Shown piece by piece: positions 9,089 through 18,243 of a DNA stretch of 48,356 nt (position 1 is the first letter of the stretch; every line of letters begins with the position of its first letter). The notes under the pieces are model-generated. The model worked only from the letters and a program-made list of their open reading frames with translations. It did no database searches and was not told the origin of the DNA. The DNA lies in contig JAFGMK010000023.1 of assembly GCA_016927565.1 (NCBI GenBank), forward strand, positions 1 through 48,356, in the 5' to 3' direction. Both the position numbers and the translations under genes were made by a program. Origin of the DNA: Minisyncoccota bacterium. GTDB taxonomy: Bacteria > Patescibacteriota > Microgenomatia > PFEM01 > JAFGMK01.

Positions 9089-9535
9089 ATGGCTTCCAGG
9101 ATTAAAGATTTTAAAAAAAACAGACAAAAATTGGCCGATTTGGAAGAAAAGCTAAAGCGGGCTTTGGCAGATTATGACAATCTGGAGAAAAGAATCCTCG
9201 GTCAGAGAGAAGCTTTGAGCAATTTGGCTAAGATTGAAATTTTAGATAAGTTCATTGCCGTTCTGGATGATCTGGAAAGGGCCGAAAAACATTTGAGAAA
9301 TAAGGGGCTATCGATGGCAGTTAGTCAGTTTCGGGCGGTGCTTACCAGCGAAGGAGTAAGAGAAGTGAAAGCTAAAGGAGAGATTTTTGATCCGGAAACA
9401 ATGGATTGCGTTGGGATGGTTGAGGGAGAAAAAAACCTTGTAATTAACCCGGTTCAAAAGGGATACCTTTTGAATGGCCGGGTAATCCGGCCGGCCAAGG
9501 TTGAGGTTGGACAGGGAAAAAAAATGATCAGCTGA
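9089..9535 (+). CDS. grpE: Nucleotide exchange factor GrpE (short N-terminus)
   Basis: RALADYDNLEKR, FDP, QKGYLLNGRVIRPAKVEV; ATG at 9089 follows GGAGG. Confidence 0.95.
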   Translation: MASRIKDFKKNRQKLADLEEKLKRALADYDNLEKRILGQREALSNLAKIEILDKFIAVLDDLERAEKHLRNKGLSMAVSQFRAVLTSEGVREVKAKGEIFDPETMDCVGMVEGEKNLVINPVQKGYLLNGRVIRPAKVEVGQGKKMIS

Positions 9536-9577
9536 GCGGTTTTATCTAATAGCTAATAAATAACAAAAGGAGCATCT

Positions 9578-11512
9578 ATGTCTAAAATAATCGGCATTGA
9601 TTTAGGAACAACTAATTCTTGCGTAGCGGTGATGGAGGGCGGCAAGCCTAAAGTAATCCCCACTGCTGAAGGAGAAAATCTGATTCCTTCTGTAGTTGAA
9701 CCGGTTAAGAAACTGGTTGGCCGGGTAGCCAAACGGCAGCAGATTCTAAATCCGGATAATACAGTTTATTCAATCAAACGGTTAATGGGGCGCAAGATTG
9801 ATGACCCGATGGTAAAAAAAGCCCAGGAAATGGTGTCTTACGAGATTGTAAAAGGTAAAGAGGAGATGGCTGTGGCTTTAATTGGAGGGAAAGAGTACAC
9901 TCCTCAGGAAATTTCTGCCAGGATTCTTCAAAAGGCTAAAAGCGATGCTGAGGCTTATTTGGGTGAAAAGGTTGAGCAGGCAGTGATAACCGTTCCGGCT
10001 TATTTTGATGATGCTCAGCGCCAGGCAACCAAGCAGGCGGGTGAGATTGCCGGACTTAAGGTCGAGCGGATAATTAACGAACCAACCGCCGCTTCTTTGG
10101 CGTATGGATTAGACAAAAAGAAAAACGAAACCGTGGCTGTCTATGATCTTGGCGGGGGAACTTTTGATGTTTCCGTTCTTGAGATTGGAGATGGCGTTTT
10201 CGAGGTTAAAGCAACCAACGGCGATACTTTTTTGGGTGGCGATGACTTTGACCAGGAAATAATCAATTTTATTGCTCAGGAATTTAAAAAGGAACAGGGG
10301 ATCGATTTAAAGAAAGACAAGCAGGCGCTCCAGCGGATCAGAGATGCGGCTGAGAAGGCCAAAATTGAACTTTCTTCAGCGACGGAGACGGAGATTAACC
10401 AGCCTTTTATTACCCAGGGCAAGGATGGCAATCCCCTTCATCTGACGATGAAGCTGACCCGAGCCAAGCTTGAGGAGTTGGTTGACGAGCTGATCCAACA
10501 GACTATGAAGCCGGTTAAGGAGTGTTTGAAAGATGCTAAAATCGGGCCTTCAGATATTGATGAGGTAGTTTTGGTCGGCGGTCAAACCAGAATGCCGAAA
10601 ATACAGGCATTGGTTAAAGAATACTTCGGGAAAGAACCCAATAAATCAGTCAACCCTGATGAGGTGGTGGCTATCGGAGCTGCCGTCCAGGGCGGGGTTT
10701 TAGCCGGAGAAGTGTCTGATATCCTCCTGTTGGATGTGACTCCCCTCACTTTGGGAGTAGAAACCCTGGGCGGGGTCAGAACTCCTTTAATTGAGCGCAA
10801 TTCTACTGTTCCCACTTCCAAGTCTCAGATTTTCTCGACTGCCTCCGATAGTCAGTCCCAGGTTGAGATTAACGTTTTGCAGGGTGAGCGACCGATGGCG
10901 GTGGACAATAAATCTCTGGGCCGATTTATTTTGGATGGGATTCCGCCCGCACCTCGGGGAATTCCTCAGATCGAGGTTGCCTTTGACATTGATTCCAATG
11001 GAATTCTTAATGTCTCGGCTAAGGATAAGGCAACAAACAAAGAGCAGAAGATCACCATCAAAAACGCGACCCATCTGACCGAAGAGGAAGTTGAACAGAT
11101 GAAAAAAGAGGCGGAAAAGCACGCTGAAGAAGACAAAACCAAAAAAGAAATGGCCGATGCCCGGAATCAGGCGGATGCGCTGATGATTAGTGCTGAGAAA
11201 ACTTTAAAAGAAGGCGGAGATAAAGTTAAAAAAGAGGACAAAGAGAAAATCGAGGCAGAAATTAAAAAAGTTAAGGAAATTCTCAGCAAGGACGAGGTTA
11301 AAAAAGAAGAAATCGAGAAAGCGGCTAATAATCTTTCAGAAGAACTGCAAAAAGTCGGCGCGGCAATGTATGCGGCTCAACAATCTGATCAGCCGGCCGG
11401 TGATCAGCCTCAGAATACCGCTGCCGATAAAAACTCTGGCGAAACGGCAACGGAAAAAGAGAAGGCCGGCGAGGATAAAAGCAAAGCCGAGGAGGGTGAA
11501 GTAGTCGAGTAA
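9578..11512 (+). CDS. dnaK: Chaperone DnaK (Hsp70)
   Basis: [36 protein letters not shown]. Confidence 0.99.
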   Translation: MSKIIGIDLGTTNSCVAVMEGGKPKVIPTAEGENLIPSVVEPVKKLVGRVAKRQQILNPDNTVYSIKRLMGRKIDDPMVKKAQEMVSYEIVKGKEEMAVALIGGKEYTPQEISARILQKAKSDAEAYLGEKVEQAVITVPAYFDDAQRQATKQAGEIAGLKVERIINEPTAASLAYGLDKKKNETVAVYDLGGGTFDVSVLEIGDGVFEVKATNGDTFLGGDDFDQEIINFIAQEFKKEQGIDLKKDKQALQRIRDAAEKAKIELSSATETEINQPFITQGKDGNPLHLTMKLTRAKLEELVDELIQQTMKPVKECLKDAKIGPSDIDEVVLVGGQTRMPKIQALVKEYFGKEPNKSVNPDEVVAIGAAVQGGVLAGEVSDILLLDVTPLTLGVETLGGVRTPLIERNSTVPTSKSQIFSTASDSQSQVEINVLQGERPMAVDNKSLGRFILDGIPPAPRGIPQIEVAFDIDSNGILNVSAKDKATNKEQKITIKNATHLTEEEVEQMKKEAEKHAEEDKTKKEMADARNQADALMISAEKTLKEGGDKVKKEDKEKIEAEIKKVKEILSKDEVKKEEIEKAANNLSEELQKVGAAMYAAQQSDQPAGDQPQNTAADKNSGETATEKEKAGEDKSKAEEGEVVE

Positions 11513-11522
11513 AAAAAGAACG

Positions 11523-11951
11523 ATGGCAAAAGGAATGGTTATGACTAAAACCAAAACCCGGGTTCAATTGCTGGTTTTAGCCGATTATGCTTCGATTTCT
11601 AAAAACGGCAAATTAAGCATTAATGGCATTTTCGATCAAATTTTTAGCCGGAAGTTTCCCTCAAAGTTTCTTCGGATGTTCCTGGTGGCAGTTGTTGAGG
11701 GAGAGCCGGATGAGACCCGTGATATTGATTTGAGAATTATCAGTCCGGAGAAAAAAGATATTCTTTCGCCAAAGAAGCAAAAGGTGAGGTTCGGTGATAA
11801 TGGCAGAACAAACATTATTGCTGATATCGCCAACCTGCCCTTACCGGTGGCGGGTATTTATCAAATTAAGATTCTGGAAGGAATAAGAGAATTAGCCTCG
11901 ACCTCGCTTCGAGTAATTAAGGTTGAGAATAATTCCGGCATCAGGCATTAG
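11523..11951 (+). CDS. Hypothetical beta-sandwich protein (DUF6941-like) between dnaK and dnaJ
   Basis: LADYASISKNGKLSINGIFD N-terminal motif and P.AGIYQIKI C-terminal motif; family recognised by eye only. Confidence 0.65.
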   Translation: MAKGMVMTKTKTRVQLLVLADYASISKNGKLSINGIFDQIFSRKFPSKFLRMFLVAVVEGEPDETRDIDLRIISPEKKDILSPKKQKVRFGDNGRTNIIADIANLPLPVAGIYQIKILEGIRELASTSLRVIKVENNSGIRH

Positions 11952-11967
11952 TTTTTTTCAGGAGCGC

Positions 11968-12016
11968 AAACACCCCGGGGGCGGCTGCCTGTTTTACCCT
12001 TGGGGTGAAGGTGTTT
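11968..12016. repeat. REP-like CACCYYnRRGGTG palindrome cluster (family B)
   Basis: AAACACCCCGGGGGCG..TTTTACCCTTGGGGTGAA-GGTGTTT; related to 45362-45429 and 46587-46660. Confidence 0.6.
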
Positions 12017-12022
12017 TAAAGT

Positions 12023-12913
12023 ATGACAACTAGCCGTGATTATTATGATATTTTAGAGGTCCAAAAAGAGGCTTCTGAAGCCGAGATTAAAAAAGCCTAT
12101 CGCCGGCTGGCTTTAAAATGGCATCCGGATAAAAATAAATCGGCTGAAGCGGAAGCTAGATTTAAGGAAATCAATGAGGCTTACGAAGTCCTATCAGACG
12201 CTAAAAAAAGGGAGGCTTACGATCAATTCGGCCATGCGGCTTTTGACCCGCGCCAAGGTGGTTTTGGTGCCGCTGCCAGCGGAGCTAATCCCTTTGCCCG
12301 AACTTACCGGAGTGGTCCTTTTACCTATACTTACACTTCCGGTGGTGGTCAGGGGGCAGATTTTGAAGATATGTTCGGAGGATTTTCTGACCCGTTTGAA
12401 ATTTTCCGGTCATTTTTCGGCGGCGCCTCACCTTTCGGTTCCCAGCAGCGGCTTCCTCGCTATCCTTTAAGGCTGACTTTTTTAGAAGCGGCTAATGGTT
12501 GCGAAAAAGAAATTGATTTTCAGGGTAAAAAAAGAAAAATCAAAGTTCCGGCCGGAGTTGACGATGGTACCAGAATCCGCTTTGAAAATTTTTATATTTC
12601 GATTGATATTGCTCCCGACAAAATTTTTAAACGAGATGGAGTTGATGTTTTCGTGGAGCGGGAGATTTCTCTGGTGCCGGCTATTTTGGGGGGGACAATT
12701 CAGGTGCCGACTATCGATGATCCGGTGAAGTTAAAAATCCGGCCGGGAACCCAGTCGGGAACCTTGGTTCGTTTGCGTAATCGGGGCATTCCCTCCCTTC
12801 ACGGTCGGGGCCGGGGCGACCAATATCTCCGATTGACGGTTAAAATTCCCGAAAGGCTTTCCCGCCGGCAAAGAAAACTGATTGAGGAATTTGAAAAAGC
12901 CTCTAAAGCCTAA
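12023..12913 (+). CDS. dnaJ: DnaJ co-chaperone lacking the zinc finger (class B / CbpA-like)
   Basis: J-domain with HPD, G/F-rich region and C-terminal domain; no CxxCxGxG repeats. Confidence 0.92.
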   Translation: MTTSRDYYDILEVQKEASEAEIKKAYRRLALKWHPDKNKSAEAEARFKEINEAYEVLSDAKKREAYDQFGHAAFDPRQGGFGAAASGANPFARTYRSGPFTYTYTSGGGQGADFEDMFGGFSDPFEIFRSFFGGASPFGSQQRLPRYPLRLTFLEAANGCEKEIDFQGKKRKIKVPAGVDDGTRIRFENFYISIDIAPDKIFKRDGVDVFVEREISLVPAILGGTIQVPTIDDPVKLKIRPGTQSGTLVRLRNRGIPSLHGRGRGDQYLRLTVKIPERLSRRQRKLIEEFEKASKA

Positions 12914-13016
12914 AAAAATAAATGAAACCGTTCTTGAGTATCAAAAAGCCGTTCCCGATTAATCAGCTTGAGCGAATCTTAGTGTGTGATGAAATAAAAC
13001 CCGAAGCAAGACGAAA

Positions 13017-13784
13017 ATGAAAAAAAGAACCTTTTTGTTTATAGGATTGATCTTGTTAGCTCTGGCAGGGGGCGGGTTTTATCTTTTAAAAAGCCGCTTT
13101 TTAGGTGGCGGAGATTTTCCAGAACCGGAGCTGGCTGTTTCCCTAACCGGAGAAACGGCTGGGGAAGAAATTAGTCAGAACAAATGTGACGGATCGGCCG
13201 GTTTTGTATGGTGTGATTCAGCCCAAAAATGCTATAAGCAGGGAGAAGAGTTTTGTGAAGATAAAAGCCTTACCAGCGGCTGGCCGATTTTTCAAAACCA
13301 AAAATATGGTTATGTTTTTAAACATCCGGCCGATTGTTTTTTGGGGCCGCGGCCTGATTATTGTCTCCAGAAGCCGCCCGAAGAAAGACTGCTTGACTGT
13401 CTTTGTTTCTTGAATAATCAGGATCCGAATCGGATTTTTCTACAAACTCTGACCGGGCCAAAGAATAATTTAACCAACGCCAATTTTTCGATTATTCATT
13501 TGGATATCAAGGAATATAATCCTCCGGCCGGAACCGAATTGGCAGTTTGGTTAAAGAAAAATCTCCCCCAGCTTGAAAATATTCCCGACCAGCCCAATCT
13601 GATGGTTGCCGGCCTGCCGGCGGTTCGAGTTTATACTCCGGCAGCGGGAACAGCTTTATCCCAGGAAGATATCTTTCTGATCAAAGGCGATAAACTTTTC
13701 CAGTTTTATCTTTTAAATGTTGATGCCATTCAGAATAAAGAACTTTATTACCAGCTTTTGGCAACTTTCAAATTTTCCTCTTAA
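13017..13784 (+). CDS. Membrane-anchored extracellular protein with a Cys-rich motif and a PsbP-like C-terminal domain
   Basis: N-terminal TM; CDGSAGFVWCDSAQKCYKQGEEFC; W..FQNQKYGYVFKHP (PsbP-like start); ILATFKF-type end. Confidence 0.7.
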   Translation: MKKRTFLFIGLILLALAGGGFYLLKSRFLGGGDFPEPELAVSLTGETAGEEISQNKCDGSAGFVWCDSAQKCYKQGEEFCEDKSLTSGWPIFQNQKYGYVFKHPADCFLGPRPDYCLQKPPEERLLDCLCFLNNQDPNRIFLQTLTGPKNNLTNANFSIIHLDIKEYNPPAGTELAVWLKKNLPQLENIPDQPNLMVAGLPAVRVYTPAAGTALSQEDIFLIKGDKLFQFYLLNVDAIQNKELYYQLLATFKFSS

Positions 13785-14868
13785 ATTTTATTATTCCTTT
13801 TAGCCCCGCTATCATTTTCCCCAATAAAGTAAAAATAACTACTGCCGAAACCGGCGCCCAGGGGCCAAATTTGACTTCTTTTAAAAAATATTGGCGTACC
13901 CCCCACCCCAGGAGAAAATGGCAAAAATAAATGGCGAGGGCCGACTGTCCTAAGGCGGCAACTTTTTTGGCTAGTTTAATTTCTTGGAGTTTTTCCTCTC
14001 GGATAGCCAGCCAGGTCAGGCAGGCAGTGATTAAAAGAGTGTTAAAAACAACCAAAAACAGGTGAGGTTGCCAGAAACCGCTAATTACATACCGGGCTTT
14101 AAAGATAAAAAAAGGCCTAAAATCAAAAGCTGATAAGAGAGAAATCAAACCAATCAGGGAAAACCAAAAAAGTTTTCTCAGATTTTGGGCAAAATTTTTT
14201 TTGAACTGATAAAAGAAGATTTCGGCTGTTAAAAAACCGCTAAAGAAATAAAATGAGTGTGGCAGCCAAGGGAAGATATAGGTATTGATGCCGGGTAATT
14301 GAACGTTCTTTGTTCGCCAGATGAGATCCAATAGAAGAATTGAGCAACTTAAAAAAGCCACTAAACCAATTCGGAGTCCCGGCTGAAGATAAAAAAACAG
14401 CGAGCTCAAAATGAGAGATTGGCCAATTAAAGCTAAGATCCCGGGGGTAAGCCAAGCCTCCGGCCGGGTAAGCTGAAATTCAAAGAAAAAAAGCAAATAG
14501 GCCAGAAAAATCAGCCAAGCCCCCCGCCGCCATTTTTTTAACAACCAACCTTTTTTTCCCTTTTCCCGAAACTGGTAGAAAGAAATTACTAAGGAAAAGC
14601 CAGCCAAGAATAAAAAAAGACCGGAAGAAAGTGAAGTAACTCCTAAGATTTTATCGGCTAAGTTAGTAAAAAATTTTTGCCAGTCATTTTGACTTTTAAA
14701 ATTATAAAAAAGTTTTAAGGCGTGATCCCAAAACATCAAAAAAATTGCTCCGAATCGCAGCAGGTCAATAAAAAGAAATCTCTTCTTTTTTGAAACAGAC
14801 CGTCTTTGAGGCGGGCAGATACCGTTCTTAGGGGTAGAAGAAACCTGAATTGTTGCCTTCTCGATCAT
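13768..14868 (-). CDS. Multi-TM acyltransferase-like protein (DUF1624 / HGSNAT-N / acyltransferase-3-like)
   Basis: RFLFIDLLRFGAIFLMFWDH, LFLFLAGFS, GILALIG, LGQSALAIYFCH. Confidence 0.8.
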   Translation of the reverse strand: MIEKATIQVSSTPKNGICPPQRRSVSKKKRFLFIDLLRFGAIFLMFWDHALKLFYNFKSQNDWQKFFTNLADKILGVTSLSSGLFLFLAGFSLVISFYQFREKGKKGWLLKKWRRGAWLIFLAYLLFFFEFQLTRPEAWLTPGILALIGQSLILSSLFFYLQPGLRIGLVAFLSCSILLLDLIWRTKNVQLPGINTYIFPWLPHSFYFFSGFLTAEIFFYQFKKNFAQNLRKLFWFSLIGLISLLSAFDFRPFFIFKARYVISGFWQPHLFLVVFNTLLITACLTWLAIREEKLQEIKLAKKVAALGQSALAIYFCHFLLGWGVRQYFLKEVKFGPWAPVSAVVIFTLLGKMIAGLKGIIKFKRKI

Positions 14869-14922
14869 CGCTTTATTTTACAACATTGAACCTGCATAAT
14901 TTAAACCGAGCCGATATATGAT

Positions 14923-15124
14923 ATGCAGAAGGAATTTCTAAAACTATCAGCAAAAAAGATTTTTTTCTCTGATTCTGGCTGGTTTAGTTCTTTTCTTAGG
15001 ATATTTTCTTAATTTCAACCTCAATTTAACTCCGAAGTTTATTAGGAACAATTTTCTGTTTGAATTAATTATGATATTTGGGGTTTTATTTTTTTCTTGC
15101 CGTTATGAAAGGGATAAAGATTAA
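14923..15124 (+). pseudogene. Small two-TM protein interrupted by a frameshift in a T7 tract
   Basis: Removing one T at 14960-14966 joins MQKEFLKLSAKKIF to SLILAGLVLFLGYFLNF...FELIMIFGVLFFSCRYERDKD*, giving 66 aa. Confidence 0.45.
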
Positions 15125-15148
15125 GCTAAAAACAATAAATAAATTGAT

Positions 15149-15363
15149 AAAAGAAGCGGCCTTCTTTTTTTAAACCATCTTAACCAACCCCGGACAGCCT
15201 GCTCTTTGTGAGAGAAGTTCTGGACAATAAAGTGGGCTGATGATCCCCGATGTTAAGAAGAACTGCTAGGGCCCTGTCCCGAACCAGAGGACTGGAACCA
15301 TGCCGGACGCCATCTCTCTAAAAGAATCCTTTCTTCTGCTGATACTTGGACAGGTGGCAGCAC
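15149..15363 (-). pseudogene. Decayed IS630-like transposase N-terminal (HTH) remnant
   Basis: Three shifted frames read (M)LPPVQVSAEERILLERWR / PLVRDRALAVLLNI / GSSAHFIVQNFSHKEQAVRGWLRWFKKRR, the pattern of IS630 N-terminal HTH regions. Confidence 0.55.
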
Positions 15364-15430
15364 GCCAATATTATGCGAAAAAATTCACCAAATTTGTTTT
15401 TCGGGTACTATATTTTACCCGAAAAGGCGA

Positions 15431-15505
15431 TTGACGATTCCTTTCCGAGGTGATAGAATCGGTCCAAGGTTAGGAAGAGATAAGACAAGGTGGGCCACCC
15501 ACCTT
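15431..15505 (+). promoter_or_regulatory. nusA promoter and GTGGG/CCCAC leader hairpin (rimP-leader-like)
   Basis: TTGACG-17-TAGAAT with extended TG; hairpin AAGGTGGG-CCA-CCCACCTT at 15487-15505. Confidence 0.7.
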
Positions 15506-15529
15506 ATTTAGTATATAGGTTAGAAGAAT

Positions 15530-16711
15530 ATGGTTATTTTAAAAGCGCGAACCGAATTTGCTCTGGCTCTAAATCAGGTTTGTCATGAACGAGGGATTGA
15601 ACCTGAGGTCGTGCTTGAGAGCATTAAAGAAGCAGTTTTAGCCGCTTTTAGAAAAGACTTCGGTCTTAGCGAAGAGCAGGAATATGCGGTTGAAATCAAC
15701 CCGGAAACAGGCGAAACTAAGATTTTTTCTCAGCCTGAGACCAAAAAAGGCAAAAAAAAAGAAGTTACTCCTCCCGGTTTTGGCCGGATAGCGGCCCAGG
15801 TTGCCAAGCAGGTGATTTTACAAAAAATCAGAGAAGCGGAAAAAGACGTTATTTTAACCGAATACGGCAAGCGGGTTGGAACTCTGGTTAACGGAATGGT
15901 TTTAAGGTTTGACGGAGCGAATGTTATCTTGGATATTGGCAAAACTGAGGGTCTAATGCCGCCCGAAGAGCAGGTTAGAACCGAACATTATCGTTTTAAC
16001 CAACGACTGACTTTGCTTGTAAAAGACATCAGGGAGACGGTTAAAGGTCGGCGAGTAATTGTTTCCCGAAGTGATGCCGGCTTGATTGAGGGTCTTTTTA
16101 GAAGAGAAGTCCCTGAGGTGGCTTCGGGGGCGGTTGAAATTAAAGCGATTGCTCGCGAGGCGGGAGCCAGAAGCAAGGTGGCCGTTGTTTCGACTCAGCC
16201 GGGAGTAGATCCGGTCGGTTCTTGTGTCGGCCAAAAAGGGGTTCGGGTTCAAGCGGTGATTGGCGAGTTGGAGGGAGAAAAAATTGACATTGTTCCTTAT
16301 AGTGAAGACTTGGGAAAGTTGATTGTTTCGGCGCTGGCTCCGGCGGAAAACATCAAGCTGACTTTGGATAGCAAGAAGAAGCAGGCAGTGGTTGAAGTGC
16401 CGGATGATCAACTCTCTCTGGCGATCGGCAAGGAAGGCCAAAATGTCCGGTTGGCTGCTAAATTAACCGGTTTAAAAATTGATATTAAAGGAGCCAAATC
16501 AACTGCGGCTGGACAGAAGAAAACTGACGAGCCGGCCAAACCATCTGAATTGGGAAAGTTCGACTTTTCTTCAAGAGTAGTTAAGGCATTAGAAAAGGCT
16601 GGAATTAAGACCGAAGCTGATTTAAGGGAAAAGAACCGGAAAGATTTGACAGCCGTTAAAGGCATCGGCCCGAGGGCTTTGGAAGCAATTGAAAAATCTT
16701 TGAATAATTAG
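15530..16711 (+). CDS. nusA: Transcription factor NusA with a C-terminal HhH / alpha-CTD-like domain
   Basis: FGRIAAQVAKQVILQ, AREAGARSKVAV, DPVGSCVGQKG, LSLAIGKEGQNVRLAAKLTG. Confidence 0.97.
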   Translation: MVILKARTEFALALNQVCHERGIEPEVVLESIKEAVLAAFRKDFGLSEEQEYAVEINPETGETKIFSQPETKKGKKKEVTPPGFGRIAAQVAKQVILQKIREAEKDVILTEYGKRVGTLVNGMVLRFDGANVILDIGKTEGLMPPEEQVRTEHYRFNQRLTLLVKDIRETVKGRRVIVSRSDAGLIEGLFRREVPEVASGAVEIKAIAREAGARSKVAVVSTQPGVDPVGSCVGQKGVRVQAVIGELEGEKIDIVPYSEDLGKLIVSALAPAENIKLTLDSKKKQAVVEVPDDQLSLAIGKEGQNVRLAAKLTGLKIDIKGAKSTAAGQKKTDEPAKPSELGKFDFSSRVVKALEKAGIKTEADLREKNRKDLTAVKGIGPRALEAIEKSLNN

Positions 16712-16743
16712 TTCTAGCCCTTTCCAGGTTATGGATTTCTTAA

Positions 16744-18243
16744 ATGGTCAAATTGAAGAAGCAAAAATTAGATTCTTCCGCTCAGTCCGGGCAATCCCGT
16801 CCTCCGGTAGTGAGTATTTTGGGACACATTGATCATGGTAAGACCTCGTTACTTGATTTTATCAGGAAAGCGAAAATTGCCACCAGTGAGGTCGGAGGAA
16901 TCACCCAGCATATTGGGGCTTATCAGATAAGTTTCAAAAACAAAAAAATTACCTTTATCGATACGCCGGGCCACGCTGCTTTTGCTGAGATGCGGGCTCG
17001 GGGAGCCAAAGCAACTGATCTGGCAGTTTTAGTGATTGCCGGGGATGAAGGAGTTAAGCCTCAAACTCGGGAATCGCTCAAGTTTATCCGCCAAGCAAAA
17101 ATCCCCTTTTTAGTGGCTGTAAATAAAATTGATCTCCCGTCAAGTAATGTCGAGATGGTTATTAAACAGCTGGCTAAAGAAAATGTTTTGGTGGAAAAAA
17201 GAGGCGGAGAAGTGGTTTTGGTTCCGGTTTCGGCCAAAACCGGCGAGGGGGTTGAAGACTTGCTGGAAATGATCGTCTTAATTGCTGAAATGGAGGATTG
17301 GCGAGTTGAAGCAGAGGCGGCCTTAACCGGAGTGGTGGTGGAGTCAAAACTCGACTCTTCCAGAGGGCCGGTAGCGACGATTTTGGTTAAGTCAGGCCAG
17401 CTTTCCCGATCAGACACGATCTGGGCCGAGGGGGTTAAGGGAAAGGTAAAGGCGATGCGCGATGAAATGGGCCGGGAGGTCAAGCGGGCTGTTCCCAGTC
17501 AACCGGTGGAGGTTTTGGGTTTTGAATCGCCCCCGCCTGTGGGGGCCTTAGTGAATTCTTTAATAATGCCGAAAATTGGATCCGGGCCGCTGCCGGTTAA
17601 AAACCAAACTGTTTCTGACCAGGAATCGGAACGGCCGGTTTCTGATGAATCCCGGGGAAAAAATCTAAAGGTGGTTTTGAAGGCTGATACTCAGGGAACC
17701 TTAGAGGCAATTGAAGCTAATTTGCCTTCTAAGATAGAGGTAATTTATCGGGGAGTAGGTGATATTTGTGAGTCTGATGTTCTATTGGCTCAAACCACGG
17801 CTAGTTTTGTGATTGGTTTCGGTGTTCGTCTTCCGGCCGGAGTGAAAAAACTGGCTCAAATTGAAAAGGTGAGAATTCAAACTTTTAACTTGATTTATAA
17901 GCTCTTGGAGGAAGTAGAAAGTCAACAGCTAAAAACAGTAAAGCCGTTGATTAATGAAGAGGTGCTTGGCGAGGCGGAAGTATTAAAACAGTTTCAAGTC
18001 AATCAGAAAAAAATAGTCGGGGGACGGGTTTTGTCCGGCCGAATTGCTCGGGGTGATAGAGTTCATCTTAAACGAGGAAATAAGGTCATCGCCGATTCTT
18101 TTCTGAAGTCGCTGAAGCAAGGTAAGGTCGAAGTGGAGAAAGCGAAACCGGAAGAAGAGTTCGGGGCCTTATTGTTGCCCGAAATTGATTTTAGGAAAGA
18201 AGATGTGTTAGTATCTTTCCGCGAACTGCCCTCAAAAGGATGA
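16744..18243 (+). CDS. infB: Translation initiation factor IF-2 (N-terminally truncated form)
   Basis: [34 protein letters not shown]; only 499 aa. Confidence 0.95.
   Translation: MVKLKKQKLDSSAQSGQSRPPVVSILGHIDHGKTSLLDFIRKAKIATSEVGGITQHIGAYQISFKNKKITFIDTPGHAAFAEMRARGAKATDLAVLVIAGDEGVKPQTRESLKFIRQAKIPFLVAVNKIDLPSSNVEMVIKQLAKENVLVEKRGGEVVLVPVSAKTGEGVEDLLEMIVLIAEMEDWRVEAEAALTGVVVESKLDSSRGPVATILVKSGQLSRSDTIWAEGVKGKVKAMRDEMGREVKRAVPSQPVEVLGFESPPPVGALVNSLIMPKIGSGPLPVKNQTVSDQESERPVSDESRGKNLKVVLKADTQGTLEAIEANLPSKIEVIYRGVGDICESDVLLAQTTASFVIGFGVRLPAGVKKLAQIEKVRIQTFNLIYKLLEEVESQQLKTVKPLINEEVLGEAEVLKQFQVNQKKIVGGRVLSGRIARGDRVHLKRGNKVIADSFLKSLKQGKVEVEKAKPEEEFGALLLPEIDFRKEDVLVSFRELPSKG

Noticed and set aside
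15350-15381. dif/Xer site (TTCGCATAA on the minus strand)
   Set aside because: Only an XerC-like half; no XerD arm (TTATGTTAAAT) at the 6-nt spacing.
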